From Camelus ferus (lineage: Eukaryota), in the NCBI RefSeq assembly GCF_009834535.1, contig NC_045698.1, positions 9,054,001-9,118,000 on the forward strand: a DNA stretch of 64,000 bases. Direction: 5' to 3'. The notes below the pieces were generated by a model. It saw only the letters and a program-made list of their open reading frames with translations, was not told where the DNA came from and made no database searches. Position numbers and translations under genes: made by a program. Shown here one piece after another: positions 14,400 through 28,500 of this stretch; the first letter of the stretch is position 1; every line of letters begins with the position of its first letter.

Positions 14400-15160
14400 G
14401 GTTAACAGTGAGCAAAGATTTCTTTTTTCACATTCAGACAAACAAACAAACAACAAAAGAAATGAAAATACAAACAACTAATTTAAACTTTAAAACTTGA
14501 ATTGAGTCAATGGAAATTGTGAAATAATGTTATATTTTCTCTTGCTCTATTACAAGTGAGAGTAAAATATCTTTTCCTACGTTTACTGCATTATTAAGGT
14601 GTCCCTTCTTTTGAGTTAACTGCTCACTTCTCTTTTATTGTGTTGCCTAAATTTACTTATGGGTTTAAAGTATTGTTTATAAAGCTTGGGTACTAATCCT
14701 TGGTTCTTACATGCTTGCAAATAATATACACACTCTCGCTTACCTTTTGTTTTGTAACATAATTTTAAAAAGCACTTATTTGATACAAATCTGTCTCTAT
14801 CAAGATTTTCAATTTTAGTGATTTGGATTGTTTGTAACTTGTGTTATTATTCTACTGTAATGACGAGATTATCCTTTATTCATTCTAAAAATTTGTTCTT
14901 TGTGTTTAGGTCTTTTTATTCAACTGTAATACAGTTTTGCACATAGTGTATAAGAAAACTGTTACTCTTATGTATCACTCTACAACTATACATACATGTG
15001 TTTTCAGCATAGAAAGACTGTGTCTAGAACCATACATTCACTGGTCCCATATTTTTCCACTGGTTTTCACTAGTGCTCTGTCCCAGAGCAATAGTCATAT
15101 GATCACATGCCTTTGGCTTGGCTCACTACTTTATTCCAGTTTTCCCATGTCATCCTTGGA
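14400..15160 (-). mobile_element. Ancient L1M ORF2 3' region (very degenerate)
   Basis: ATTACAAGTGAGAGTAAAATATCTTTTCCTACGTTTACTG...TTTAGGTCTTTTTATTCAACTGTAAT resembles antisense L1 ORF2. Confidence 0.5.
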
Positions 15161-16299
15161 TACAAGAAAAATTAAATGGGGATCAACGACAAACTTCAGT
15201 ACATTAAATTATCCTTATAACCAAGTACAATTTTTATGTGAATCTTAAGGAACATGCTTTCAAATAGATATAATAGACTAAAAGGACCAGTTGCCAAAAC
15301 ACTTGAAGAAACCCTTCTAGTGGATTATATCAAGTCCAACAAGCCAATTTAAATTATTGAAAAAATATTAGCATGGAACTGAAAATGAATCACTGTTTAA
15401 AAAAACACTCTAACTCACTATTCAGGAATTGCAGTTTTATCTAAACAATATAATTTGTTGTGGACAAATTAGGAAAATTCATGCATTTTTTTATTGGAGT
15501 GCAATTTTGTATAGCCATGTTGAAGAAAAATCAGGTGTTTGTAGTAAAATGAAAATCTGCATGCTTCATATTCTAGCACGTCCTCTTCTTGATAAATTCC
15601 AAAAAGAAGGAGGCGTACACAAATACAAGCGTCACGAGCAAGCACGCATATCCAACCTGGTTTTCCTAGAAAATTCAAAACATCTTAATTGTTCATCTAT
15701 ACTGTATAAGAGTTCATAAGAATGTAAAAATGCCTTCCTCTCTGTTTTTCCCTCAAAAAGGTTTGCACAAAACTCCCAGTCTCGTCCTCTAAACCCCCTA
15801 CTGCTCCCTTACCTGCTCCTTTTCCTGGGAAAAGAACCTCAGTGGTCATGACTCCACGTTCATTAGAGATGAGTTTGCTTCAATTCCTTCATCTTTTGTG
15901 CTTCCCTTTTTACGACAGCTAGGTCAGTGGAGTTGGCTGCATTCTTACGTACAGTATACAGAAAACTTTTCTGAGAGTTTGTTTCGAAGATACGGATCAC
16001 TCAAGAGAGAGCCAAGGTGTATAGTTATCAGAGATCCAATCCACATCCTCCTGTTTTGCCAGAGAATTGTTTACTATGGGCTTTGTTCTTCAAATGTGTG
16101 AGTCTTAAAATACACTAATGCTTTATTCGCTCTCTAGCGATTTCTGGTCTTTATGCACAATTAATACCATGGGGGTGTATGTCAAATGTACATCTCTAAA
16201 TTCAGTTTGATTTGTCCATCCATTTTCAAGGACACAGTTGAAGGTGGTTGTCATGATGTTGTCCAAATGTCGACTACAGATAACAATTCTCCATGGTTT

Positions 16300-16850
16300 T
16301 TCCCAGCCAAAGGCTAGAAAACAGTTTAACTGTAACCACTAAAGTTGAACCAACACATATGACTCACCAATTTCACTCTAAGCATATACTTAGAACATGC
16401 ATGCTAGATCACCAATATACTCACATTGAAATGCTTATAACAATACTATATGAGTGAGACACTGACTGAAAACCATAGCAACTTGTAGAATAATCACATA
16501 TTGGAAACCTATACTTACTACAAAGAGAACGGACAGTGCAGAACATCATAGATAATCTTCACAACCAAAAAGGAGCTGTACACAAAAAACTAGATATATG
16601 CCAAATGATCTCATTTTTTATATATAATGCATAGTCACAATATTGGTGATCCTTGGCGAGGTGGTGACTTAATGATGGCAAGAGGGACAAAGCAGGGAAG
16701 TTCAGGGGTGCTAGTAACATTTTTTCTTGTTTTCAATGATATGATATGAGTGTGTTCATTTTGTGAAATCCAATTCAGCAAATCACTTGTGCACTTTCTT
16801 TGGGATATGTGTATAATTGTTTAATAAAAAGTAAAAAAAAAAAAAAAAGA
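16300..16850 (+). mobile_element. L1ME-type 3' end with poly(A) tail
   Basis: GGGGTGCTAGTAAC...GTGTGTTCATTTTGTGAAA...GTGCACTTT...AATAAAAAG followed by an A-run at 16833-16848. Confidence 0.75.
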
Positions 16851-17399
16851 ACAATTAAAATACAACAAAATAAGGTGCCACTTGAGATGTACCATCCTTT
16901 TCCTAGCCTTTTCCCTGGTCCCTTGAATGTTTACTGGAGAACGCAGGTTCTCAGCTATAAATGACCAGGAAGAACTGAGAAACAGTAGAGCGACTGTGAC
17001 ATCATTGCACTTTAAATCTCCTGGAAGAATTAAAACTATTTTTTTGTGGAAGCATGTGCTTCCATGTTAGGTATGGTTTAACAAAGAACAGACTCTCTTG
17101 GTTCTAAAACCAATCACAAAATCAGTAATGCTGTATAGTTGTCTAATGGGAGAAAATCAAAGCACCCAGGTTTTTAAAATTTATATATACACAGCTCTTC
17201 CGAGACTTCCATAAACTTTCCACAATGAAAGAGAGAGAAAGAAAGAGAGGGGGAAAGAGAAGAAGAGAGTATAAAAGCAATAAAAATGAGAAATGGACTA
17301 TAATATTAACAAAAATAGTTTATTTTAATGAGAATGCTATGTGCAGCATTTATGTAAAAATTTTACATAAATTTTTTTTTACACTCTTAAAAATTTCCT

Positions 17400-19270
17400 A
17401 CTTTTTAATTTTATCCTATTATTTATGTTGTGGTAAGAACATTTAACATGGGAACTAAACTCCTAATACATTTTTTAGTGTGCAATGTAGTACCGTTAAC
17501 TACAGGCACTATGATGTACAACAGATCGATAGAAATTATTCATCTTGTGCTACTGAAACTTTATACTGTTGAACTCCCTATTCACCCCTCTCCTCAGTGC
17601 CTAGGAATAACCATTCTACTCACTGTCTGCTTCTATGAGTTTGACTATTTTTGGACATCTAAGTGGAATCTTGAAGTTTTCATCTTTTGGTGACTGGGTG
17701 ATTTCATTTAGCACAACGCCATGTTGTAGAAGGTCGTGTTGTTCAAATGAGCTGCTTCCACATTGATTTTCCTTCTGATCTATCCATTGTTGAAAGTGGG
17801 CCATTAAAAGGCTCTACTATTTTTGTATTGCTGTTCATTTCTCCCTTCATTTCTGTCAATGTTTGCTTTGTGTATTTGGGTTCTCTGATGTTGGGTGCAT
17901 ATATATTTATGATTGTTATACCTTCCTGATGAATTGATTTTGTTTTACCATTATATAATGTACTTTTTTGTCTCATGTCAGTTTTTGATTTAAAGTACAT
18001 GTTGTCTGATGTAAGTATAACTACCCCTACAATCTTTTGGCTACAATTTGCATGGAGTATCTTTTCACTATCTTTTCACTTTCAGTCTACAGGCATACAT
18101 CATTATATTGCCGTTTGCTTTATCATGCTTTGCAAATGTGGCGTTTTTTACAAATTGAAGATTTGTCACAACTCTGGGTTGAGCAAGTCTATTGGTGCCA
18201 TTTTTCCAATGGCATTTTCTCACTACGTGTCTCTGTGGTGCGTTTTGATAATTCTTGCAATACTTTAATTTTTTCAGTATTATATATTTCTTAAGGCGCC
18301 TGTGATCTTTAATGTTACTATTGCAAAAAGATTATGACTTGCTGAAGGCTCAAATGATAGTGTTTTTTTAGCAATAAAATATTTTTTAAATTAAGGTCTG
18401 AACTTTTTTTAATAATGCTATTACACACTTAATAGACTACAGTAGAGTATAAACATAACTTTCATACACACTGGGAAACCAAAAAATGTGTGTGACTTGC
18501 TTTCTGTAATATTAGCTTTGTTGTAGTGGTCTGGAACTGAACCCATGATACTTCCAAGGTATGCTTGTGTATGTGTACTTAACCCTAAAGTGATTCTCTT
18601 AGACAACATAGTTGGATCTTGTTTTATTTAGCTACTCTGTCTTGTGATTTGGAAGTGTAATCCATTTACATTTAAAGTAATTATTGTTAGGGAAGGAAAC
18701 AATGGTGTCATTTTTAAATTGTTCTCTGCCTATCTTATAGTTTGTCATTTTTTTCCCCTCTATTGCTCTCTTCTCTGTGTTTTGTTGATTTTTTGTAGGG
18801 GTGTGATTCGTATTGGTGTCTGCACATTTGAAAAAGTTCATCTCTTCCATTTTTTATAGACAGGCTTTGACAGAGTGAGACCTTTACCAGTCAGCCCAGT
18901 TAGCAATTCCTGGGATCCTTTCAATCCTTTTCTATGAGTGCACACTCTCCATTCCTTTCCTTCCCTTTTGGGGAGGAGTTTCAGGGTTGTGTACCTTGTG
19001 TGAATCTCTCAGAGCTGATTTGCCACCATTTATTTTCCCTGAGGCAGTGCACTGAAAGGCCAAGGTAGCTGGATGAACATTCAACCTCTCTTTTTTCCTC
19101 CCATTTCAATGGGATTGTTTTATGTACTTGTCTAGTGTATTACAACTTCTCAACTAGAAACTCTTCTTCTCATAAAGATATTTTAGTCCACGTATCATTG
19201 TTGAATTAGCATTTTTCTGGGGTCTGAGGGCTGGGACTTCCCATTTCCCATTCCACCATCTTGCTGACAT
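17400..19270 (-). mobile_element. L1MA/L1M2-type LINE-1 with 3'UTR, ORF2 endonuclease part and 5'UTR, internally deleted and interrupted by Tigger1
   Basis: 3'UTR at 17400-17735; endonuclease peptide SIHQEGITIINIYAPNIREPKY (ORF 17743-18000 -); 5'UTR-like CCTTTACCAGTCAGCCCAG and terminal CCACCATCTTGCTGACAT. Confidence 0.8.
18090..18567 (+). mobile_element. Non-autonomous Tigger1 internal-deletion derivative (Tigger1a-like) with both ends
   Basis: Left end TA|CAGGCATAC, right end AAGGTATGCTTG; ~478 bp; flanking L1 ORF2 sequence is continuous across the insertion. Confidence 0.9.
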
Positions 19271-19649
19271 GAAGGAAAATTTATCTGTTTCCCAATGTTA
19301 TACCAACGATTCAAGAAAGGAATCTTTCATACTTCAAAAATACATAATTATCATTTCCAAGAGGTGTGTTTTTAACATTTTAAAATATGTTATCATGTAT
19401 TACATTATGAATGTGATTATAAATTTTAAATATAGTTTCAAAATTTATTAATGTTGTATGCAGCTGGGTATATAGCATGGCCAATGACAAACTGAATGAT
19501 TCTTTTAGTATATTTTTTCATAAATTCTTCAGTAAAGGTGAATTCATTCAGAGAAAAGTGTTTTTAGTTTGAGGTCCATTTCTGTTTAGTTAACCCTCAA
19601 GTTAAATAAAAGATTAGAAGTAAAGTTAACAAAGATCCCATCTGGATTC

Positions 19650-19815
19650 ATGCTTCTCCACATGGAATGAGTTCACATGTCAAGTGGGAGCCTTGTCAAA
19701 GTGAAGATTCCAGTTCATTAGATCTGGGAAAGGGCCTGATATTCTGCACTTCTCATAAGCACTCATGTACCAATGCTGTTGGTTCATAAACCACACTCTT
19801 TGGTAGTAAGATTCT
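19650..19815. mobile_element. MER5-type hAT-Charlie MITE
   Basis: CTTGTCAAAGTGAAGATTCC...AGATCTGGGAAAGGGCCTGATATTCTGCACTTCTCATAAGC...ACCACACTCTTTGGTAG. Confidence 0.75.
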
Positions 19816-20139
19816 AGGTAAAGATTCTTCTGAGATCCAAATATATATTTAGAGACAATGTACTTAGTTCCAAGGGAACAACAGGTGAAGAGTGACAGAT
19901 AAATTTGTTCAAATAAATTATAGCAAACCCTCATCTGGTAAGCTGAAAGAAGCTAAATTTCACTACAATTTTAGGCACAGACTATAGTATTATGTGCTGC
20001 ACACCTCTTCTCCATCACGTCTAGATAATTAGTCCCATTTTATCTCTTATTCCAGGTACACCTGCAATAACTAGTTTTGCACAACATCCTTCCATCTTCA
20101 CACAAGTAGATACTGACAGTACGTTGACACAGGATGGTG

Positions 20140-20495
20140 TTGACTTTTGCTCCTATGTTCAAGACGTCTCTGTTATTACTGCAGTGTGGGCTTCTGAGAA
20201 AGCCTATTCAGCACCCATCATATGAAATAAGCAGAATTAATGTCTTACTGGGCAAACTTTTGGACAATGAATAATGAGAGCTGATGTATAAATACATCAC
20301 TGATTCAGCTTCCCTGTGCTGGGTCCAGCCAGTCATCACCCTTAGCAGTGGTCAACTTGATGATGCTTCCTTCATGTATCCACTTCCTTCCTTGCATCTC
20401 TCCTCCACCCCTTCCTTCTGCTTTTGGGATCACATTCCTCAATCAAATGACTTATCAACAAGCCTTCACCTCAGTACTACTTCCCGTTGACACAA
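20140..20495 (+). mobile_element. LTR16-like (ERVL) solo LTR
   Basis: GGGCAAACTTTTGGACAATG...GGGATCACATTCCTCAATCAAATGACTT...CCTTCACCTCAG. Confidence 0.6.
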
Positions 20496-22379
20496 GGCTG
20501 TTTGGTTAAATGATTTATTTTTTCCAGGATAAAAAAATCACTTATCTAGATTAATTCCATACATAAACAAGGAAAATCAATATTTCTAAGGAATTTGTGT
20601 TCTGACCAAAGGGTATTGCAATTTACAGTAAATCCTTTTCACCACAAGCCATCTTTAGCTAATTACAAAATAATTAATTACAATTGTACTGTATTTTCCT
20701 AGACTTCTAGTTTTGGCAGTGCTTTCAATTTAATCCTCCTTACTGCTGTGTGATTTTAACTGCTCTCATGGTGGGATAACTCTGTCCTACATAATATATT
20801 TAAGAATTTTATTCTGTACATGCTTTGGAGTTTACATTTTCTGGCATCAAGTTCCTCCTTTTGCTTATAATACTGCATCTCATTGAAATTCCACTTTAGT
20901 TTCTCTTTATTGATAGCACTAACATTGTCATTTTTCCTCATCAGTTGCATTGATTTTCTTTGATTGAAACTTAGTCATCGTGTATGCCTAAAAACAAACC
21001 AACACAAAATAAGGAAGAGAAAGAACAACTTAACCAGTGCTTATGACCAGTTAAAATTCACTGATAGACATCTTCTATATATTACTGTATTTTCAATGAA
21101 CCTATTTATATCTTATTCAAATAGCCAAAATCTTCTAAGGCTATTTTTAAAATTTTTTTGTTGTTTCTATATTTTTCCATTATCCTTGTATACATATTCC
21201 ATCCTGGATTGTCACTTCATTGTTGATAATTTTCTAGATGACTGACTAGGAACTCCAGATAGAATTAAACTTACATCACTCTTTTCATGAAATTGGCTAC
21301 TATCCAACAATTTCCATGTTCTTCTGCTGACACAAGATATTTCTTGAGGTTAGTCTGTTTTTCACCCCTTAGCTATATACCTGACTTTGCATAGATCATC
21401 TGTTTAAGTCTGTCAAATAGAATGTAAAATGTAGCATCTCAATAACTTTTCCAGCTTAAAAGTAGCATCATCCATCATACATAATAGCATCCTTTCAAGC
21501 ACTCAAACACAACGTATTTAAACAATAAACACATGAATCAAAACAAGAGATGACTTGAAAATACTCTCTATTAAGTATACACAGTTAAAATGTTTAGCAC
21601 CATTGCATAATTATAACCTTTTACTGAAATAAATAATCAAAGTACCAAATTAAATTTAGTTTTCACATTTACAGTAATTCTTGGCTTTCTAAATACAATA
21701 TTAGACTTTGGTTATACATTTTGTCTTTAATGTTGGGAATAGCATAGATCTTTGGCACCAAAAACTGTCCTCAGGTACCCAAATTCCTTCTAAGGTATTT
21801 TCAATACAGCTTTCCCTACTATCCAAAAGTAGAGCATACGTGAAATGGCTAACAGATGCACAAAATAAATCTAAGTAAAGAACAGATGCTCACAGACACA
21901 GTTCAAAGCTATGGCATCTTGATCCTGAAATGCTGACTGTAGTTCCCTGGAAAGAAGCTTGAAGGTGTCACTCCACTGTTTGGGGTGCATGCTGCTTTTA
22001 TAAAGGTTTGCTGCAAAACAAATGCAGAAGAGTATTTTTGCTTTTGGACTTTTTTTTTTTTTGTAATGTCAAAAATTCTCTTTGAATTTCCTTCTGTTAG
22101 CAAAAGCTGGTACTAACGTGGTCTTTGGAAAAGTCAAGAGTGTCAAGTGAATTTTCGAAAAGCAAGGAACAGCTGTATACTCATGTTTGCCTTCTAAATG
22201 ACTTCATTCAGGACCAGAGCTTGGCTGCCTGTTGACTTAGAGTCTAAATTTCCTGTGTCTTTAATATAACTATAGAATTATGGAGCTGAATCACTCACAA
22301 GAGCTTGAAAGTCACATACCAAATTAGTCTGTAAACAAAATTTTCAATACAAAGAAAGATAGTTAAGGTGGTCAAACAG

Positions 22380-23050
22380 AAAATTAATGCATATGTTTCA
22401 AATGTGTCAGAAGAAAATGAAAAGATGTCATTACATGGAAAAATAAGAAACTATAAAACTATACAGATAGAAATTTTAGAAGAGATAGAAATAGGATAAA
22501 AAAGATCATATAATTTAAAACATATTTACTACAATTAAAATATTGACATATGGATAAATTCTAGTCTGGAAAAATATAAGAGAAAGTTGAAATTGTTCTA
22601 TGAATTCTCAAGGAGCACAGCTCAGATAACAAGCAGTTTAAAATATATAAAAATATTAAGTTAAGTGGAAGACACATTTAACAGCCTGAGAAAATATCCT
22701 ATAATGAGACACAAGGGGAAATAGTAAATCAATACAATTTGAAGGGATACTTGCTGAGAATTATTCAAGTGTGAAGAAAAATCATGAATCCTAGGAAAAA
22801 ATGAGTTCTGAATACAAACTGAAAATGCAAAAGTATCTGTATCTAGACACAAAAGTGTGACTATAGAATGTTATGTACAAAGACATCAGCTAGTGATACT
22901 AAAAAAAATTACAAATTATTTTTTAAAATTACAGTTAAATAGTTGACTTAAAGAAAAAGCAACACACAATAAAATTATATCTTAAAAGTAATTAGGGGAA
23001 ACTCTGGCATACTATGTGTTCTTACCCAGTTAAACTATTATTTAATATTA
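22380..23050 (+). mobile_element. Ancient L1/HAL1 ORF1-like fragment
   Basis: Purine-rich, with CAATACAATTTGAAGGGATACTTGCTGAGAATTATTCAAG...CATGAATCC (IAENFP-like region). Confidence 0.55.
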
Positions 23051-23639
23051 TATAGTATGTAATATAATATAATAATATATAATCTAATATCAGTATTAAC
23101 AAAACTAAGTTAAAACTTCTAGCATCCTTGTTAAAATTTTATCCACAGCTTTATTTCACCAAGTATTTTACACACACACAGAAAGACTGCAAAAAATTGT
23201 GATCTAAGACATGGGTATGTTTCTCTATACACAGCTATCTACATATTCATTTAATTAATTAAGTTAATTACACAGATTAATTTAAAAACATAAAAACACG
23301 AATTTCATATTTGGTTTCTGAAGATGAAATTTGCTTTTGGATGAAAATAAAATGTAATATAAGCATGGATAATTATAGATTTCTAAATTTGTTTTATTCT
23401 TTTAAATGATTACACATATGTTTTAAAGTTTTAGTATAATAAATATATAATATAAAGTAAAATAACAATCTTATAAACAAAATAATATTCAAAATATTAT
23501 AGGATACTATTTATCAATAATAAAGTAACAAATAAAAATGATTAAACAGCTTTTATTCACAAATAACAACAAAAATGCTTTCCTAGAAAACTAAGAAGAG
23601 AGTTGAATTGTTTAAATTGATAAAATATAGCTATCAGAA

Positions 23640-24630
23640 ACTTAAAATCAGCTTTGTCACCTGGAGAAAGTTTCCAATATGAGGTCAAGAACAAGACAAG
23701 TATGTCCTCTGTAACTGCTTCAGTTCAGCACAGTGCATTTGAATTAATTCAATACCATAACATAAAGAAATAAAATAAAATTATAGGGATTGGAGAAAAG
23801 AAATAACATCATTTTTATTTATAGACAATATGATTATACACTGAAAAAAGTAGATATTGTATAAATCAACTAGCAATTTGTGCTGAGTATGGTTACTGCA
23901 TTTTAGATCAACATATAAAAAGTCTTTAGCTCTTATATATAGACTTGAATTGTAACTGAGTATACCATCTATTCATAATGCCAGAGAATATAAAAAGTAT
24001 AGATGAATCCATGTAAATATGTATGTGGTGTGTTCAGTGAGTAACAAGGAAATATTAAAATTGCATAGACATCTTGAATAAATCTAGATGTCTACAATAT
24101 TGGTTCATGGATAGAGAGATGAAGTGTAGGAAGGACATCAGTCTTCTCCAAATTAATCTATAATATTTTGCTATACCAGTAGAATTTCACACAAAACTTG
24201 GCATGCTGTTCCTAAAATTCACACAGGAAAGTAAAGAGTGAATAAATAGCAATGCAAGTTTAAATAACATACTTTGTGGAGTATTTGTTATAAACCGATA
24301 TAAAAATACAAAATGTTGTATATATGGATATGTTACTAAATAAAGCATAGAAATATTGGCTGAAAGACAGACAGCAAACAAATAGATTTGAGACTATGTA
24401 GAATCACAATATATTATTATGATGACATCATAAGATAGGATGTCTAGATGTACTTTCAAATAAATGTTGTAGAAGCAACTGCTTATCACATGTGGGAAAT
24501 AAAAACCTAAAAATAACCTACCTTACAGCACACTCAAAAGAGTAACTTAATATAAAGTTCAATTTTTTTATTATAAATTTAATTTTATTTTTAGAGTATA
24601 CAAATCAGTATTCATTAAAGAAAACAAAAT
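23640..24630 (+). mobile_element. Ancient L1M ORF2 (RT and downstream) fragment
   Basis: GAGGTCAAGAACAAGACAAG (GTRQG-like), TTATTTATAGACAATATGATT (LFADDMI-like), TTCATGGATAG...TCTCCAAATTAATCTATA. Confidence 0.75.
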
Positions 24631-27399
24631 CCATGCCAGATAGCTTAACAGATAGGATTTAATGGAGCAACTGGTCGTAAAACTGATAGAAAAGTTAAAA
24701 GCCCATATTAAAGAGATAACCCAGAAACTAGTAATAGCAAAATAGAATTGAAAGGAAGAGTGGAGTAGTTGATGCAACTAGATATGAGGAGAGACTTACA
24801 GTGGGGGCTGCCCAGTGGGAACCAAGGTTGTAAAGGGAAGAGCTGAAGACATCATCACCCATTGTCCAATCTTCCCTTTAGTTATGAAGAAACCAAGCTG
24901 GCTGGACCTGACCAGAAGCTAGAAAATTTGGGGGAAAGTGTCAACCTTCTGCGAAACAAAACAAAATTAGAAAAATTTGGTAAGGAATATAACAGCAATA
25001 TGACACAAAAACAAAATGTCAGAATATATTTATTATAAGTAAAGACTGATAGACGTATAAAAAAGAAGGCTAAATAAAATATTTTATAATTGACTACATT
25101 CATGTTTTGGCAATTTTTATTGAAGTATAATGTAATATTCATAAAGTAAATGAATTCTTAAATATACAACCCATTTCAAGATGTAGATCATTTCTAGCAC
25201 CATAAAAATTCAAGTCAGTATATTTACTAATGAGAAAATTATACTATGTATTCATTTTCATCATTTAACAAATAAAGATAATATGAAATACAATACAGTT
25301 TATTTTAGGTAAATATTTTCACTAAAATATAATGAAATTAATTTGGGAATTACTCTCCCACTCAAAAAAAAAAAAAAAACCCCTCATTTGCCAAAACATA
25401 ACAAGAGAACAGTGCAGTTTAAAATTCATAAATGTAGCAAACTTTGGCAAAAAGAGAGAAGAGGACACACCTGTGACTACTGAGTTGTGTGAAAGTTTCA
25501 TTTCCTGATGTAAAATTCTAAAGCACTTGGCTTTTGTTCAGGCCAAATCCAAACAGCAACACCTGCCAAGTTTCATACAAATACCATTTAGTTCCCCAGA
25601 GCCTCTTGTCAGGAAATCCACACAACTTTTTGAATTTTCTAGTTAAGTGTGTAGTAAAAGATTTTTACAATGTTTTTGATGTATTTCCCTGCAAAATTTA
25701 AATGAGATACGTTTAAATCTGAAAATTCTTATCATTAGTATTAACCTTTGATTTTCAGAGAGATTAATGTTCTAAACATTACAAAGATTCTAAAATCTTT
25801 CCCCTCTCCTAGTATTTTTTGAAATTTATATGGTAACTCTTCTATAATCATTTTTATCATTTTACAATAGCCTTGTAATCAAGAATTCAAAACGTGACAC
25901 ATTATTCAGTATATATGATCATTAAATTTACTTACAATAGTACAGTGGGTTTGTGTTACAATTTATAGCATCAAACCATGAAGCTCCCTAACAGGTGGCA
26001 CATAGCTCTGTTTGATGATGTCTGATCATAAGATTAACTCCTTTGTACATATCAATAAATATGCTATAAACTTTTAATTTAAGAAATTTTAATTTAAGTT
26101 CCCCAGAAAAAGCTGAAGGAAGGACAAAAGGAGAAAAGAAGAAATGGATACTTTTATATTTGTGGCATATTTTGAAATGTTTTGGTAAATGTAACAGGGA
26201 AGTGTGACAATTGTAATATCCTAGATGTGCAATCTCACTCCATAGTGCAAGCCTTTTTAAGTTATTTTATTATTAACTGAAGATTCCTGTGCATGTTTGA
26301 TCCTGTTACAAAATAAATAATAATTAATGTCAAATTGATGGTTGATTCTATAACCTTATTAATGTTTCTGATGCTTCAACTTTTACCTTCTAGGTTGCTC
26401 TGTAGCCAATTCCTCTTCCCTTATCCTCTAAGGGATCATCAAACTAGTCCCATTTCTAGAATTATGAGAGCAAATATAAATTCTACTACACAGGAATGGA
26501 ACAGAAACTAGAAGGATTCATGTTACTGAAATTCATGTTACTAAAAGATGACAAGTAATATGTTTTCACAAGATTTTTTTTCTCTAGGTATCTAATGGCA
26601 AATAATCTGAACTAACTACATCAAATCCGTCATGGGTTGGATATAGCTCATATAACGTTTGAACAATAACAGTTCAGTTGTTTACTTACATATATAAAGG
26701 CTTAGATCATGGCATCTTCTAGTCAAGTAGGATTATACTTTAAAATTAAAATTGAACTTAAATGCAATATCTTTCCAATGAACTAAAATGATTCAGTCTT
26801 TAGAACTTCAAAAATAATGCCAAGAATTTACCTTTTGTTAAAAAAAATTTTTTTCCCAGAAAACATTGATACTTTGCAGGAAAATTTGGATATAAGAAAA
26901 TTTTAAAAAGGTCCTATTCCATAAACCCATATAATTTAAATATTCCATGAATGAAAGTGTCACACATTCAAATGTACCACTTAGTTGATGGCTATGAACA
27001 ATGACTTCTTATTTAAGGACAAAAAAAAAAAAAAAGATTACATAAAGAAATTGCTTTAAATCACAAAAGATCTACTTATTAAATATATATTAAAGTAGAT
27101 TATTTTATTGCATTTAATATATTGTGTAAATAATTTATCAAGAATAAAATAGATGTTTTGTGGACTGACAATGGGATTAGAGCCTCTTCTATGAAATTGC
27201 TTTTGTTAAAACCATAATGTGCAAATATATTAAAATAAAAAGTATAATAGTAAGAGCTTTTTGAATTCACTAAATGTTAAAATTTTATTGAAAGTTTTTG
27301 CTACTGTTCAATTGAGTTGTTACTTGTTGGCGTTACATTATTGTCTAATACTGATATTAGACCATGAAAGACTAGAAAAATACCTGAAAACTAGTATTT

Positions 27400-27547
27400 T
27401 TGAGATCACTTTAAGAATAGAATAAAAAAATAGAGGCAAATCTTTATCTAAGTTTCCTAAATATCAAATATCTAATAATTAATGACAGAGCTGGGATCTA
27501 ATTCCAGCAGTCCATCTCTAAAATCCACATTCTTAACTACTACTGCA
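27400..27547 (-). mobile_element. MIR SINE fragment
   Basis: AATGACAGAGCTGGGATCTAATTCCAGCAGTCC...CACATTCTTAACTACTACTGC. Confidence 0.65.
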
Positions 27548-27914
27548 TCAAAAATGTATATGATATGTAATTTATAGTAAAAAGTTAATTGTAACTATTT
27601 CTGCTTTCCATACCAGTGGGCTGCAATGAGGTAATTCATTAATTCATATCAGTGAAAAGGAAATTCCCAGACTGATTTTTTCTAGTTAGAGATTTAATAA
27701 GAGGAAAGAAAAGACTTATCTAGTTCTCTCACAATCCTAAACTGTGAATTCCCAAGTGATGAGTATTTGTTTAAACCTAGAGCTGATTAAGCAGTCAAGA
27801 CATTAACTCAATTGCGTGATGAAGTGTAAGATATGAATATTAAAGATGTTGCCTCGAGAACAGAAGAGCAAGAAGAGCAAATCAATTAGAGGGAGAAGGA
27901 GAGACAGACAGACA

Positions 27915-28500
27915 GAGGATCCTACTTGTGATTTAACAATTCTATTCCAGGTATAAACAAAACAGAAATGCATGTAAATGTTTACTAAAAGATGTGTGTA
28001 AGGAAGACCACAGTGGCAGTGTTCATAACATCCAAAACGGTTAAACTACTCAATGCCCATCAATTGTGAAAGATATTAAAAATTAAAATACATTAATACA
28101 CTGGAAAACCATACAGAAATGAAAGACAACGAACACTGCATCAACACCGTGGATAAACCTTACAAAGCTAACATGAAGTCAATGAAGTCAAAGTCTTCAT
28201 TTATATACATTTCAAAACCAAGAAAATCTAGTCTGTGTGATTATACACTAGAATCATATTTCTCCTGGGTTGGAGGAGTAGTAGTAACTGGATTTGACCA
28301 TAAAGGTAGCTTTTGTGGATCCAACAATGTTCTACTGTTGCCATTGTTGCTTCCCCAGAAAACATCGATACTTTGCAGCATCAGTGCCGATTCACATGAT
28401 GATTACACGTTTATTATCATTTTGTAAACATTTCTTACAGCAGCACACTTATGATTTGTTTTTCAAGATTGTTGTACATAAATAACATGTTTATATAAAA
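27915..28500 (+). mobile_element. L1ME-type 3' region
   Basis: TGATTTAACAATTCTATTCCAGGTAT...CAGTGTTCATAACATCCAAAAC...AATGCCCATCAA. Confidence 0.7.

Noticed and set aside
7452..18567. Similarity between 7452-7690 and 18090-18330 as a local duplication
   Set aside because: Both are diverged Tigger1 copies with independent flanks.
24066..24094. Isolated 7-9 bp hairpins (also near 41590 and 41671) and 10-15 bp tandem repeats (near 10984 and 26516)
   Set aside because: Within what chance and slippage would produce in 64 kb of AT-rich DNA.
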